DNA from: Macrostomum lignano
Taxonomy: Eukaryota
Direction: 5' to 3'
NCBI GenBank assembly: GCA_002269645.1
Contig: NIVC01003618.1
Location: forward strand, 1-64,000
DNA: 64,000 nt
This document shows, piece by piece, positions 1-14,100 of the stretch (position 1 is its first letter; each line of letters begins with the position of its first letter). The notes under the pieces were generated by a model. That model had not been told where the DNA came from. It saw nothing but the letters and a program-made list of their open reading frames with translations, and searched no databases. Made by a program: the position numbers and the translations under genes.

Positions 1-240
1 GGATGAGAGTGGGAGAGAGAGGATGAGAGTGGGAGAGAGAGGATGAGAGCGGGAGAGAAGGATGAGAGCGGGAGAGAGAGGATGAGAGTGGGAGAGAGAG
101 GATGAGAGTGGGAGAGAGAGGATGAGAGTGGGAGAGAGAGGATGAGAGTGGGAGAGAGAGGATGAGAGTGGAGAGAGAGGATGAGAGTGGGAGAGAGAGG
201 ATGAGAGTGGAGAGAGCGGATGAATGTGGGTGAGAGCGAA
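1..240. repeat. 20-bp purine-rich minisatellite (GGATGAGAGTGGGAGAGAGA)n inside Zic intron 2
   Basis: About 10 near-identical tandem units that decay after ~210; lies beyond the Zic exon-2 donor at 320. Confidence 0.9.
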
Positions 241-320
241 TGAGAGCAGAGAGCAGAGTGGAGAGAAGAGTTGAAAAGATGAGGCATGATTAATCCGACA
301 CAAAGAAAGCCACCGCTCAC

Positions 321-515
321 CTGTGTGAGTCCGCTTGTGAATTTTGAGATTCTCGGACCTGGCGAACACTTTGCCGCAGCCGGGAAACGGGCAGGGGAAC
401 GGGCGCTCCCCGGTATGCACCCGGATGTGGTTCACCAGCTTGTACTTTGCTTTGAACGGCTTCAGGTGGCGCGAGCACTCCTGCCAGTAGCAGGTGTGGT
501 CGGTGAGCTCCGGGC
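321..515 (-). CDS. zic: Zic family transcription factor, exon 2 (ZF2 and ZF3); gene continues off the left edge
   Basis: Acceptor ccacgcag|GC, donor ACA G|gtgagc. Translates (G)[64 protein letters not shown](G), which matches the Zic ZF2-ZF3 signature. Phase 1 at both ends, consistent with exon 1. Confidence 0.96.
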
Positions 516-629
516 CTGCGTGGCAGAGTGGATAAACGAGGGTGAGTGTCTGCGGCTTTAGGAAGAATCCGTTAGGAATTATAGGAATCCATCGAGTGGA
601 GAATCAGGGGTCCATACTGCTTAGGGAAT

Positions 630-1340
630 TAGATAATTAAGGACCCTGCCGCATAGACAATTAGATACCAGGGTAATTAAGGACCCCGCCGCTTAGACAA
701 TTAGATAATTAAGGACCCCGCCGCTTAGACAATTAGAACAACGCCGCTTAGACAATTAGAACACCGCCGCTTAGACAATTAGAACACCGCCGCTTACACA
801 ACTAGGACACCCCGCTTAGACAATTAGAACACCGCCGCTTAGACAATTAGAACACCGCCGCTTAGACAATTAGGACCCCGCCGCTTAGACAATTAGGACA
901 CCCCGCTTACACAATTAGAACACCGCCGCTTAGACAATTAGAACACCGCCGCTTACACAATTAGGACACCCCCGCTTAGACAATTAGAACAACGCCGCTT
1001 AGACAATTAGAACACCGCCGTACACAACTAGGAACACCCCCGCTTACACAATTAGAACACCGCCGCTTAGACAATTAGAACACCGCCGCTTAGACAATTA
1101 GAACACCGCCGCTTAGACAATTAGAACACCGCCGCTTAGACAATTAGAACACCGCCGCTTAGACAATTAGAACACCGCCGCTTAGACAATTAGAACACCG
1201 CCGCTTAGACAATTAGGACATCCCCGAATAGACAATTAGGATTCCGCGCTTAGTGAATTAGATAATTAGGACCCCGCTGCTTAGACAATTAGGGCCCCGC
1301 GCTTAGATAATTAGGGAATTAGGACCTAAGCCGCTTAGGA
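630..1340. repeat. 23-bp minisatellite (CACCGCCGCTTAGACAATTAGAA)n in Zic intron 1
   Basis: About 28 units with degenerate ends. Confidence 0.92.
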
Positions 1341-1451
1341 AAGCCGGTTAGGACCCTTGTCTCGTACAAAATGCAGCGCAATAGTAACTAACTGACATAC
1401 TCCCCCAGAAGGCTGACTCCCAATATCCATGCCAAGCGGCCGCGCTCTCAC

Positions 1452-2193
1452 CTCCCACGTGATCCACCGTGATGTGGGTGACGATGTCGTGGATGCTGGC
1501 GAACATCCGGTTGCAGGGCTTCCTGACGCCGCCGCCGCACATCGCTCCGAAGCCGAGCCTGGCGCCGCAGTCGGGGTCCAGCCACAGGCAGCGGTAGTCA
1601 TGCCTGCCGCCGCCAGCGGACTGACTGTACACCTGCCGAACACCTGGCGGGGCCTGCTGGTGCAGGTAGGCCCGGTAGAAGGCCGGTCCGTACGGCCCCA
1701 TGCCGGTCAGCGGGTGCGAGAACGGGTGGTGGTGGCCGAACGGGTTGTACTGCTCCGGTGACAGGCTGGGGAATCCGGCCTGATGAGGATGCGCGTGATG
1801 ATGAGGCGCCGGAGGAAGCTGAGCTTGAGAAACTTGCTGCTGCTGTTGTTGCTGCTGTTGCTGCTGCTGAGTTTGGTACTGGTGGGGATATTGCAGGTGA
1901 GAGGAGTCGGCAATAGCAGGTGAGTGCAGGCCATGCTGCTGATGCAGCTGATGAGGATGCTGACTGTACTGAGCAGCCGATGGCGTGAAAAAGTCACCAT
2001 AGGCTGCGGCTGCCGCTGCTGCCGCCGCTGCTGCGGGGAACTCGTAGGAGGAGGGCCTGCATTGCCGCTGCTGCTGCTCTTGCTGCTGCTGTTGATGCTG
2101 CTGCTGCGGATGCTGGAAAAGCGCCTCCCTGCCCGCCGAGTCCGTCTGGTGCTCCGGCTGGGCCGCTTCAGCTGCGGCGTAGGTGCCGAACAT
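1452..2193 (-). CDS. zic: Zic family transcription factor, exon 1 (polyQ/polyA/His-rich N-terminus, ZF-NC-like segment, ZF1)
   Basis: ATG at 2193. Contains AFYRAYL (resembles ZF-NC GAFFRYM) and CLWLDPD...KPCNRMFASIHDIVTHITVDHVG (Zic ZF1, C-x-W type). Donor GGA G|gtgaga at 1451 joins in phase to exon 2. Confidence 0.93.
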
Positions 2194-2519
2194 TGGCTCG
2201 ACTTAATTAGTGCCTGATAATTGCGGTCCTATTGGTCAGTGCTGATGTCAGCTGTTTGCGCATGTGAGTGTGGATTGCGGACCGTCGCTAGTCGTATTGA
2301 TTCGCTCTCTGGGTCGCAAAGCTGATTCCCGCACCGAGCTGCACAAAAAGGCGATGCAACGCGGCAGGGGTCAAACAATGACAAAAAAGATTTGCTTTGT
2401 TTAAAAAGCTTCGCGCCCAAAAGCTGCGTGTTAGCGAACGTTCGGCTCGTTTTCGTTTTCAACAAAAAAGGAAAAGTTGGCGCTCACGGCGATCTTAGAA
2501 TCCGAACCCCCGCCAGGAC

Positions 2520-2580
2520 CGCGTTTTATCCGCGCGGTGGGACAACGCGAAGGGGGCGAGGCTTGCGCCAGCCATTGGCT
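2520..2580 (-). promoter_or_regulatory. Possible Zic core promoter (CCAAT box and TATA-like GATAAAA)
   Basis: ATTGG at 2574-2578 (CCAAT on the minus strand) and TTTTATC at 2524-2530, in GC-rich sequence ~330-390 nt upstream of the ATG. Motif match only. Confidence 0.25.
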
Positions 2581-4939
2581 GCGGCGGACGCCGCGGGGGG
2601 CTGGGGTGGGTGGGCCGAGTGGGGGTGCGGGTGCCGACTTGGGGGAGCCATGAATTGTGCGCTGAGGCCCCAGCCTGAGCGTCAGTTCATGATAGACCCC
2701 CTTTTCCATCCAGCCACCCCCAGCACCCCCAACCCTCTCAATTTAATTGCCCGCCCCCCTCCCCCGGACAGGGAGGTGGCTTCACTGTGCACTGAAACTG
2801 TTTTATTGGGTTTCAACTTTCAATTGAATGAAGCTGAGGCGTCCCCTCTATTGCTGGCCAAGTCAAAAGTTCAATTGGTCCAGTTTTAATTTGCACTTAG
2901 CCAGAACCGCTGATAATTGTTATTATTCAATGTAGATATTATTATGTACAGTCATTATGTACAATCAATAATAAACCAAATTTAAGTACATTTCTGTACA
3001 TCTGCGTGACTGAAATTGGGTAGAAAAATAATAGTGAAAAACTTGATTGATCATGCGGCTTGTACATTTTTGTCTATTTGTACGCCAGTATGATTGTAAC
3101 ATTACTTAAATACATTTTCAATATTTCGTGCAATGTTTAATGATAATAATGGCAACCCCAAGATGACGAAACAAAACAGTTGAATGTTACAAATTTATCA
3201 CAGAAAAAAGAGCTAAAAGATAGCGAGCGCTACGTAAGGGCGACACCACCTGTCCGCAATCGCTCTACCTACTAGAGGAATAGAATTCCGATTTCCAAGA
3301 AATAACAGTTAGCGAGACAACCCGAGACTTCCCCCGGTGCAACTTGAAGCGCACACAAGTTGAAAACTTGTTAAATTGTTACGCGTTTTCATTGGCTGAA
3401 CTACCGCGCAGTCCGCAACGGCTATTATTAGTGAACATACGCCAAGTGGCCAACTGTCGCGACAGTGCAGAGTTGCTATTTTTTCGATATTACCTGACGA
3501 GAGCAAGGTAAAACTTATGGAAAAAAGTATGGAAATAAAATAGAGACAAGGCAACAAGTGACGCCAGAGATGGGGTTCTGGCCATAGACAGGTGAATAAA
3601 AGCCGCTCTCAAATGTCAAATGCGCGCATGCGGTCGCAATACAGTTATAGAGAAGCGGCCGCACAATCACCTGTTATGCGAGTCCCCGCCCCGCCCATGG
3701 CAAGGAGCAAGAACTATCTCTACCTATAAAAATCAAAACTCTGTGTGTGTGTGTGTGTGTGTGGACAATTTTGATCGCTATGGACTCCCAAACCGCTCAA
3801 CCAAATTACACCAAACTTTACACCCACCCTAAACTTACTACGGAGAATGTCTTAGGCTACCTTTTAATTTCCTAGACTCAAGTCTTCCTACCTAAAAGTA
3901 CAAAAAACTGCTCAAAATGCGCGATTTTTTCACTAAATCCTCCATAGCGCCGCTCCACTTCTACCGATTCTCTTCAAATTTGACACAGGCAATTTTCAAC
4001 TATTTTGACACAATCGTGTAAAATTTCAAATCTCAAAGTTAATCCTGAAAGCCGCTGTGCACTTTTAAAGTTTGGCTGTTTTTTCAGCGAGGCAGCCACC
4101 CCAACCTCCGCCCGCCTGCCTCTCTTTCCCGATCTGGGCAAAGGGTGTGAATAGGTTTTAAAATGACTAACTTTCGGCTGCCATGGTTTTGCTCCACGTG
4201 AAGCGATTGACTTCAAATTTGACACAATTCTTTATTGACTCATTCTCTGCCTACATGTAAAGTCTTAACTCTGTATCTCAATCAGGACAGAAACTGTAAG
4301 CATGTGAAGTTTGTCTGCTTTTTTTGTTGTTTGTGCCGCTCACTCACTCATTCCCCCAGCTCAGACGAAGGGTCAGGCGATAGGGCTCAATGTACATAGC
4401 GAGTGTACAGTGTTTTGGAATAACTTTTAAATAGCCTTCTCTGTACCCCGCGAGTGGAGAGGCGTGGAGAGGAGAGATTTAGCCAGAGATTCAATTTCAA
4501 ACCACTGTCCTCTGAATAGACAAGTCTGCAGCAGTTTAACTGTGGATGGCAAATCAAGACTCAAGAGTCAAGACAATGTGGGATGGTTTGTAAAAATAGC
4601 GAAAAATAAATGAATAACAACTGATTACAATGCAATTCTACTAAATCAGTTAGTTACAGCATGAAGCTTTTAACATTAAAATTCGCATAAGGTAACTTTA
4701 AAATTTAAATGGCTCCTAAGAAATGCGTATTCCCTTGGTTGTTAGACTGCTGCAGAGTGCAGACTTTAGTGGTAGAGCTGGAGATACACAAATTTCTCTC
4801 AAGGGCTCCAAATTGGCAAGAAAGATGACGTGATCAAAGCATGAGAATAACGATGAGAGTAGTACGTCCCACAAACTGGCTTTCGAAGCAGGGATCGGCA
4901 GACTTTTACTTCAAAAGCCAGATAAAGAATCCAGCTTAT

Positions 4940-6540
<1,601 letters not shown>

Positions 6541-6780
6541 GATAGAAATTTTAAAGGATCCAAGGGACATAGGGAAAGTCAGGGAGAGGCCAGAGTTTGC
6601 CAATACATGTTTTAGAGTCAGACAGACATTGCCTGGCATTCTGTGGAGTACCCCAGCAAACAATATCAACGTTTGTCTCAATCTCAAACACTAATTTTAC
6701 ACGAATGTGTCCATTTTATGTCTACCTCTATCCTACTAACTATTAACAAGTTTTTGTTTGTGTATGACCTTAGATTTCAG

Positions 6781-6848
6781 AATACATGCAAAAGTAGTTC
6801 CGGGGATTGGAATTCCCCGGGTTCAAAATCCGCGGGTTTCAACAGCTT
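6781..6848 (+). other. Candidate cryptic exon of an unidentified plus-strand transcript
   Basis: TACTAAC branch point (6734-6740), T-rich tract, TTTCAG acceptor (ends 6780), 68-nt exon, GTAAGT donor (6849). Confidence 0.4.
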
Positions 6849-7544
6849 GTAAGTATATAGTTTAAAGTATAGTAGAGGTCGAAGCACTTCACCTGTTGTA
6901 TTATTATATATGCGGTAAATTATGGGTTATCCAGTGAATTCGCTTTTCAATTGCCTGTGGCCACCCATTTTCACGCTTTACCCATTTAGGAACCGAGGCT
7001 AAATGAGGAGGTGGGAGTTATTTTCATTAGGGTGACAGGTTGGCCAGTCACCCGAGATGGACACGGGAGATAAATTGAGAATTGAGAACTGAAACTCGAA
7101 AGTGTCATGCCTGAGGATGATGGGCCAGATTTCACCTAGCAATGACCTCCCGGTTATATGGGACTCAAATTCAATGGATTTTACCTGTGTATAGGGATAG
7201 GAATAATTAGGCACCTCGGACACCTACGTGAGGGATGAGGGGGAAGTGGTGAAGCGGGGTTCGGCTCCGCCCCCGACCCCCAGCATGGCAACCAAAGGCT
7301 GCATTCATTCAGCAACCCCTATATGAAATTATTCTAAAGATTTTAATCGCCTGGGTCCACTCGGTACCGATGCATTGAGAAATGTGTGAAGGTTTTAGCG
7401 GCTCATTTAAAAAAACTTGGTTGCCGCAGTGACCGGTAATAAAGGTAAATATTGAACTTATATGACTGACGTGCTAAACAAATATTGGAATTTTATATTA
7501 TTAAAAAGATTTTGCGAAATTCCTTTCAATACAAAGTTTACCCT

Positions 7545-7918
7545 GAAGCACTCCCAATATCCCTAAAGCACTCCCAGTATCCCGAAGCACTCCCAATACT
7601 CCTGAAGCACTCCCAATACCCCTGAAGCACTCCCAACACCCCTGAAGCACTCCCAATACTCCTGAAGCACTCCCAACACCCCTGAAGCACTCCCAATACT
7701 CCTGAAGCACTCCCAATACTCCTGAAGCACTCCCAACACCCCTGAAGCACTCCCAATACTCCTGAAGCACTCCCAACACCCCTGAAGCACTCCCAATACT
7801 CCTGAAGCACTCCCAATACTCCTGAAGCACTCCCAATACTCCTGAAGCACTCCCAATACTCCTGAAGCACTCCCAATACTCCTGAAGCACTCCCAATACT
7901 CCTGAAGCACTCCCAATA
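7545..7918. repeat. 20-bp minisatellite (CCTGAAGCACTCCCAATACT)n
   Basis: About 18 units with two alternating variants (ATACT/ACACC). Confidence 0.93.
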
Positions 7919-8542
7919 TACCCACGAAGCCTCCTATAGCAGCACCTACAGCCTTTTAACCTTCTACGGCCTTATCACAATAGAAAATTAAAATTGATTG
8001 ACCAAAATATGCAAAGTTATAATATGATGCAGGAGCCTGAATCCTAATTGAACCCCCTTACCGTCCCTTATCTAGCTTCAAGATCTGTCAGTTCAGTTAT
8101 TCGAAACGGTAGGCGGTGTTAATTCCCCAACCATTACCTCTCCATCGCACTGCATGTGACGCAACTTGGTATTCGAAAATACCAATGGAGACTCATTACC
8201 ATGAATTGAAAACTTGCCCACCCAAAAAAACTTTGAATACCAAAGTGCAGGTGCTAATGGGCCGCCCGTCATCTCCAATACCGTATTAAGGTTTGTTCGC
8301 GAAAAACAACAAAAGGTAATTCACCTGCATAAGCTGCAGTTTTATATTGGTATTAATTGCCTGGACATTTCCTAATGAAATTTAGCCCGCGGGACAAAGC
8401 TAGCGAGACCTTCTGAACTAATGGAGAAGGTCTCAGCTCAGGCAGGTGCAAATTGAGCGGATTATCTCTGGTATTATGCGGGCTAATAAAGCACACCTTA
8501 ACAACCAAATAAGTACCGTAACTTATTTTCACACAGGTATCG

Positions 8543-8897
8543 CTGACTCTCGTGGGTTCCTCTGTCTGTCTCATCTCTGACTCTCATGGGTTCCTCTGTC
8601 TGCCTCATCTCTGACTCTCATGGGTTCCTCTGTCTGTCTCATTGCTGACTCTCGTGGGTTCCTCTGTCTGCCTCATCTCTGACTCTCATGGGTTCCTCTG
8701 TCTGTCTCATCTCTGACTCTCATGGGTTCCTCTGTCTGCCTCATCTCTGACTCTCATGGGATCTTCTGTCTGCCTCATCTCTGACTCTCGTGGGTTCCTC
8801 TGTCTGTCTCATCTCTGACTCTCATGGGTTCCTCTGTCTGTCTCATCTCTGACTCTCATGGGTTCCTCTGTCTGCCTCATCTCTGACTCTCGTGCTT
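8543..8897. repeat. 34-bp minisatellite (TGACTCTCATGGGTTCCTCTGTCTGCCTCATCTC)n
   Basis: About 10 units. Confidence 0.92.
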
Positions 8898-9532
8898 TCT
8901 CAGTGTCATCTTTCATCTTTCAACCTGTCGCATCTTTGAATCTCAATAGCATACGAGTCTCAGCTGCTGACTCTCACTGCTTCCTCCACGCAGTCTCAAT
9001 CAATCCCTCATCAGCTGCAGCCGCACAACCTGCTAAAACAGTCTTCGCCATGAAGCATCCGTGACCCTCGATAAGTGCAGTTTTGGAAGGAAGAAAATCC
9101 CAGCACATAATTATGCAAAACACAAATCTATGCGTACATTCGTACTCGAAGCGGAACCACCCCAGTCCGCAGTTAATTGCAGTTGAATTTCGAGTTTCGT
9201 TCCACACGAACTCCCTGCAGCTAAACAAAGTTATTAAACTTCACAAGGGCTCGTTGCGCGAAAAGGAAGAAATTAAAATGCATATTATGCTAAGTTTGCG
9301 TTTGTCAAGAACGGCGTCTCCTGATCTATTAAGTCAGTTATCAAGCAGAACCCAAGGACTGTGGCTTTCAAATGCTGACTTTCCACATGCAGTCGTCAGC
9401 TGACTCGCTCAGCCGTTCATCTCGATGCTAATTTTACACCAGGTTTTTATCGATTTTTTTATGGCACTTGAATAAAAAACACTGCTGATAACTGACGGCT
9501 CACTTTACACAGTTAGCACACAGTCTCTTAGC

Positions 9533-10175
9533 TGCCTCCATCTATACACCTGCCCGCCTCCATCTACACCTGCCAGTCTCCATCTACCCCTGCCAGTCTC
9601 CATCTACCCCTGCCCGTCTCCATCTAACCCCTGCCAGTCTCCATCTAACCCCTGCCAGTCTCCATCTACCCCTGCCCGTCTCCATCTACCCCTGCCCGCC
9701 TCTATCTACACCTGCCCGCCTCTATCTACCCATGCCTGCCTCCATCTAACCCCTGCCAGTCTCCATCTAACCCCTGCCAGTCTCCATCTACCCCTGCCCG
9801 TCTCCATCTACCCCTGCCCGCCTCTATCTACACCTGCCCGCCTCTATCTACCCATGCCTGCCTCCATCTACCCCTGCCCGTCTCCATCTACCCCTGCCAG
9901 TCTCCATCTACCCCTGCCCGTCTCCATCTAACCCCTACCAGTCTCCATCTAACCCCTGCCAGTCTCCATCTACCCCTGCCCGTCTCCATCTACCCCTGCC
10001 CGCCTCTATCTACACCTGCCCGCCTCCATCTACCCCTGCCCGCCTCTATCTACACCTGCCCGCCTCCATCTACCCCTGCCCGTCTCCATCTACCCTATGC
10101 CAGCTCTATCTACCCAATGCCCACTGCTATCTACCCAATGCCCACTCTATCTACCCAATGCCCACTGCTATCTAT
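9533..10175. repeat. 20-bp C-rich minisatellite (CTCCATCTACCCCTGCCCGT)n
   Basis: About 30 units with variants. Confidence 0.92.
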
Positions 10176-10580
10176 CCTGTATCTACCTGTGTTTACTCAG
10201 GCCCACTATTTAACACAATAAGCTATCATCAGCGCCCCAGCCAGCCAGAAGTCCGGCATCAACCATTAAAATGGAAAAGGAGCAGCTCTCAAGACAATTC
10301 ACAAGCCAGCTTGCTCAGGATTCAGTGGCCAGTTAATTAATATGTACAAGTAGATATAGTTGTAACGCATGAGGTGCAGCGCCACAATAGCCTGGGCCCT
10401 AATTTGCGGGGTCAGGGCTCGGTGAGCGCGCCTGGCATTATCGACACGAAATTATGGAAACCCCAAAAATCACAAAAGTGGAGAAACCAACAGTCTGTTG
10501 GGCCAATTTCGCTTCCATTGTGGAGCATGAAGGCTAGAAGTCTGGATTGGAAACTAACTGGATGAGACTGGCCCGAACCA

Positions 10581-11267
10581 GGGATCATGTTGCTGACTCA
10601 GCGCTCATTCTGGTCATTCAGGGATCATGTTGGTGACTCAGTGCTCATTCTGGTGACTCAGTGCTCATTCTGGTGACTCAGTGCTCATTCTGGTGACTCA
10701 GTGCTCATTCTGGTGACTCAGTGCTCATTCTGGCGACTCAGTGCTCATTCTGGTGACTCAGTGCTCATTCTGGTGACTCAGTGCTCATTCTGGTGACTCA
10801 GTGCTCATTCTGGTGACTCAGTGCTCATTCTGGTGACTCAGTGCTCATTCTGGTGACTCAGTGCTCATTCTGGTGACTCAGTGCTCATTCTGGTGACTCA
10901 GTGCTCATTCTGGTGACTCAGTGCTCATTCTGGTGACTCAGTGCTCATTCTGGTGACTCAGTGCTCATTCTGGTGACTCAGTGCTCATTCTGGTGACTCA
11001 GTGCTCATTCTGGTGACTCAGTGCTCATTCTGGTGACTCAGTGCTCATTCTGGTGACTCAGTGCTCATTCTGGTGACTCAGTGCTCATTCTGGTGACTCA
11101 GTGCTCATTCTGGTGACTCAGTGCTCATTCTGGTGACTCAGTGCTCATTCTGGTGACTCAGTGCTCATTCTGGTGACTCAGTGCTCATTCTGGTGACTCA
11201 GTGCTCATTCTGGTGACTCAGTGCTCATTCTGGTGACTCAGTGCTCATTCTGGTGACTCAGTGCTCA
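10581..11267. repeat. 20-bp highly homogeneous minisatellite (TGGTGACTCAGTGCTCATTC)n with a TGACTCA (AP-1) core
   Basis: 32 units from 10631 to ~11267, only one variant (10731). The founder-like unit at 10591 reads TGCTGACTCAGC. Confidence 0.95.
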
Positions 11268-11764
11268 CCCCAAGGCTGCACCTCACTGACGCACCTCAAG
11301 GCTTGTACTTATGAGGATTCTGAAGTTGCCCCGCCAGATGCTCTGTCTAGAGCTCCGCGGGCTGAACCGGTTCCAACACCGACAGCCTTCGCAGCCCAGC
11401 GGGAGGTCCATGTCTACTAATTCTTCATAAATTTTTATTCTCTAGCTGGCATTTTAGCGACTGGCTTTCAACTTTGCATTTCATCTGCGCTGCTGTTTCC
11501 CCAGGCTTGGACTAGCCGTGTCTCAGTCTCGCTAATGAGCAGGTGTTGCAGCGTTTGCCTTGTCCGTCTGTCTGCTTGTGTCCGTCTTTTAGGCTCGGTA
11601 TATGCTGCCTGTGTGTATTTGAACTCGGACACAATGGCCGCGGGCTATGCAAGGTGATTAGGGAGTCACAGGAACCGAAAATTGGTGAGGTTCTGTGCGT
11701 GCCTTGCTGCTTTGTGACACTTAGACTGGGCATTTGTTCTGTCAGCTGATGGGAGGTTCACCGC

Positions 11765-12820
11765 TTTAGAGATGGGAATTCCCTGCTGTAGATATGGGGA
11801 ATTCCCTGTTGCAGATATGGGGAATTCCCTGCTGTAGATATGGGGAATTCCCTGCTGTAGATATGGAGAATTCCCTACTGTAGATATGGGGCATTCCCTA
11901 CTGTAAATAAACTGAGGGGAATTGCCTGCTGTAGATATGGGGAATTCGCTGCTGTTAGATATGGAGAATTCCCTACTGTAGATATGGGGCATTCCCTACT
12001 GTAAATAAACTGAGGGGAATTGCCTGCTGTAGATATGGGGAATTCGCTGCTGTTAGATATGGAGAATTCCCTACTGTAGATATGGGGAATTCCTTGCTGT
12101 TAGATATGGAGTATTACGTACTGTAGAAATGGGGAATTCCCTGCTGCAGATATGGGGAATTCCCTGTTGTTAGATATGGACAATTTCCTACTGTAGAAAT
12201 GGGGAATTCCATAACTGTAGATATGGGGAATTCCCTACTGTAGATATGGGGAATTCCCTGCTGCAGATATGGGGAATTCCCTGCTGCAGATATGGGGAAT
12301 TCCCTGCTGTAAATAAACTGAGGGGTATTGCCTGATGTAGATATGGGGAATTCGCTGCTGTTAGATATGGAGAATTCCCTACTGTAGATATGGGGAATTC
12401 CCTACTGTAGTTATGGGGAATTCCCTACTGTAGAAATGGGGAATTCCATAACTGTAGATATGGGGAATTCCCTACTGTAGATATGGGGAATTCCCTACTG
12501 CAGATATGGGGAATTCCCTGCTGCAGATATGGGGAATTCCCTGCTGTAAATAAACTGAGGGGTATTGCCTGATGTAGATATGGGGAATTCGCTGCTGTTA
12601 GATATGGAGAATTCCCTACTGCAGATATGGGGAATTCCCTGCTGCAGATATGGGGAATTCCCTACTGCAGCTATGGCGAGCTCACAAATGTAGATTTGGA
12701 GAATTCCCTACTGTTAGATATGGAGAATTCCCTACTGTAGATATGGATAATCCCCTACCGCAGATATGGAGAACTCCCTTCTGCAGCTATTGATAATGCC
12801 CTATTACAGATATGGAGAAT
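11765..12820. repeat. 23-bp minisatellite (CTGTAGATATGGGGAATTCCCTG)n with higher-order variants
   Basis: About 45 units; a recurring AAATAAACTGAGGGG variant block indicates multi-unit duplications. Confidence 0.92.
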
Positions 12821-13187
12821 TCGCAGACACACAGAGTGCATGTCAAAAATTGGATGGCAAATCCAAGGTACAGCACAAATGTCTCAAACAGTAATTACGG
12901 TAACAGTGTGAGCAGTGCTGGCTCCGCTAAATGCACTCGGAGTCCAGGCTGAGAAGTGCTCAATAAATCCAACGGAGAACGCATTAAAGGCAGTTCCCAG
13001 GCTCGGATTTGGTCTCAAGCCGGCCCTCCTGCTGCGGTCATTCGGCCAAGAGCCTCTCAGGGCTTGGAAGGCTGGCGAAGTGGCGGACCACCCAGTGCCG
13101 TGTGCGTCTGATGACAAGCTGTCAATCTGACAGCTCGCGTAGCATATTTTGAATTTGACCCCTTGACGAATTGGCCTGGCATTTTAA

Positions 13188-14100
13188 GGTTACTTTTGGC
13201 GCCACTGAGGTGTCTTTTGGCACCTCGAGGTGTTCTTTTGGCGCCACTTAGGACTCCTATTAGTGCCACTGAGGTGTCCTTTTGGCGCTACTGAGGTCTG
13301 AGGTGTCCTACTAGCACCACCTGAGGTGTACTTTTAAGCGCCACAGAGGTGTCTTTTAAACGCCACTGAGGTGTCTTTTGAAGCGCCACTGAGGTGTACT
13401 TTTAAACGCCACTGAGGTGTCTTTCAAGCGCCACTGAGGTGTACTTTTAAGCGCCACTGAGGTGTCTTTCAAGCGCCACTGAGGTGTCCTTTTGGTGCTA
13501 CTGAGGTGTACTTTTAAGCGCCACTGAGGTGTCTTTCAAGCGCCACTGAGGTGTCCTTTTGGTGCTACTGAGGTGTACTTTTAAGCGCCACTGAGGTGTA
13601 CTTTCAAGCGCCACTGAGGTGTACTTTTAAACGCTACTGAGGTGTCTTTCAAGCGCCACTAAGTTGTCTTTTAAGCGCCACTGAGGTGTACTTTTAAGCG
13701 CCACTGAGGTGTACTTTTAAACGCCACTGAGGTGTCTTTCAAGCGCCACTGAGTTGTCTTTTAAGCGCCACTGAGGTGTACTTTTAAGCGCCACTGAGGT
13801 GTACTTTCAAGCGCCACTGAGGTGTCTTTTAAGCGCCACTGAGTTGTCTTTTAAGCGCCACTGAGGTGTACTTTTAAGCGCCACTGAGGTGTACTTTTAA
13901 GCGCCACTGAGGTGTCTTTTAAACGCCACTGAGGTGTCTTTTAAACGCCACTGAGGTGTACTTTTAAGCGCCACTGAGGTGTCTTTTAAACGCCACTGAG
14001 GTGTCTTTAAAGCGCCATTGAGGTGTCTTTAAAGCGCCACTGAGGTGTACTTTTAAGCGCCACTGAGGTGTACTTTTAAGCGCCACTGAGGTGTACTTTA
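13188..14100. repeat. 22-23-bp minisatellite (GCGCCACTGAGGTGTACTTTTAA)n
   Basis: About 40 units. Confidence 0.93.

Noticed and set aside
605-1359. CAGGGGTCC...GGACCCTTG ends around the Zic intron-1 satellite as a hAT element
   Set aside because: Only 9 bp with a mismatch, and the flanking 8-mers (TGGAGAAT versus TCTCGTAC) do not form a TSD.
6800-6836. GGTTCAAAATCC B-box-like motif suggesting a tRNA or SINE
   Set aside because: No A box or cloverleaf; the segment fits an exon better.
7545-14100. Regularly spaced 20-34-bp repeats as CRISPR arrays
   Set aside because: Head-to-tail units without unique spacers, no cas genes, and a eukaryotic intron-containing context.
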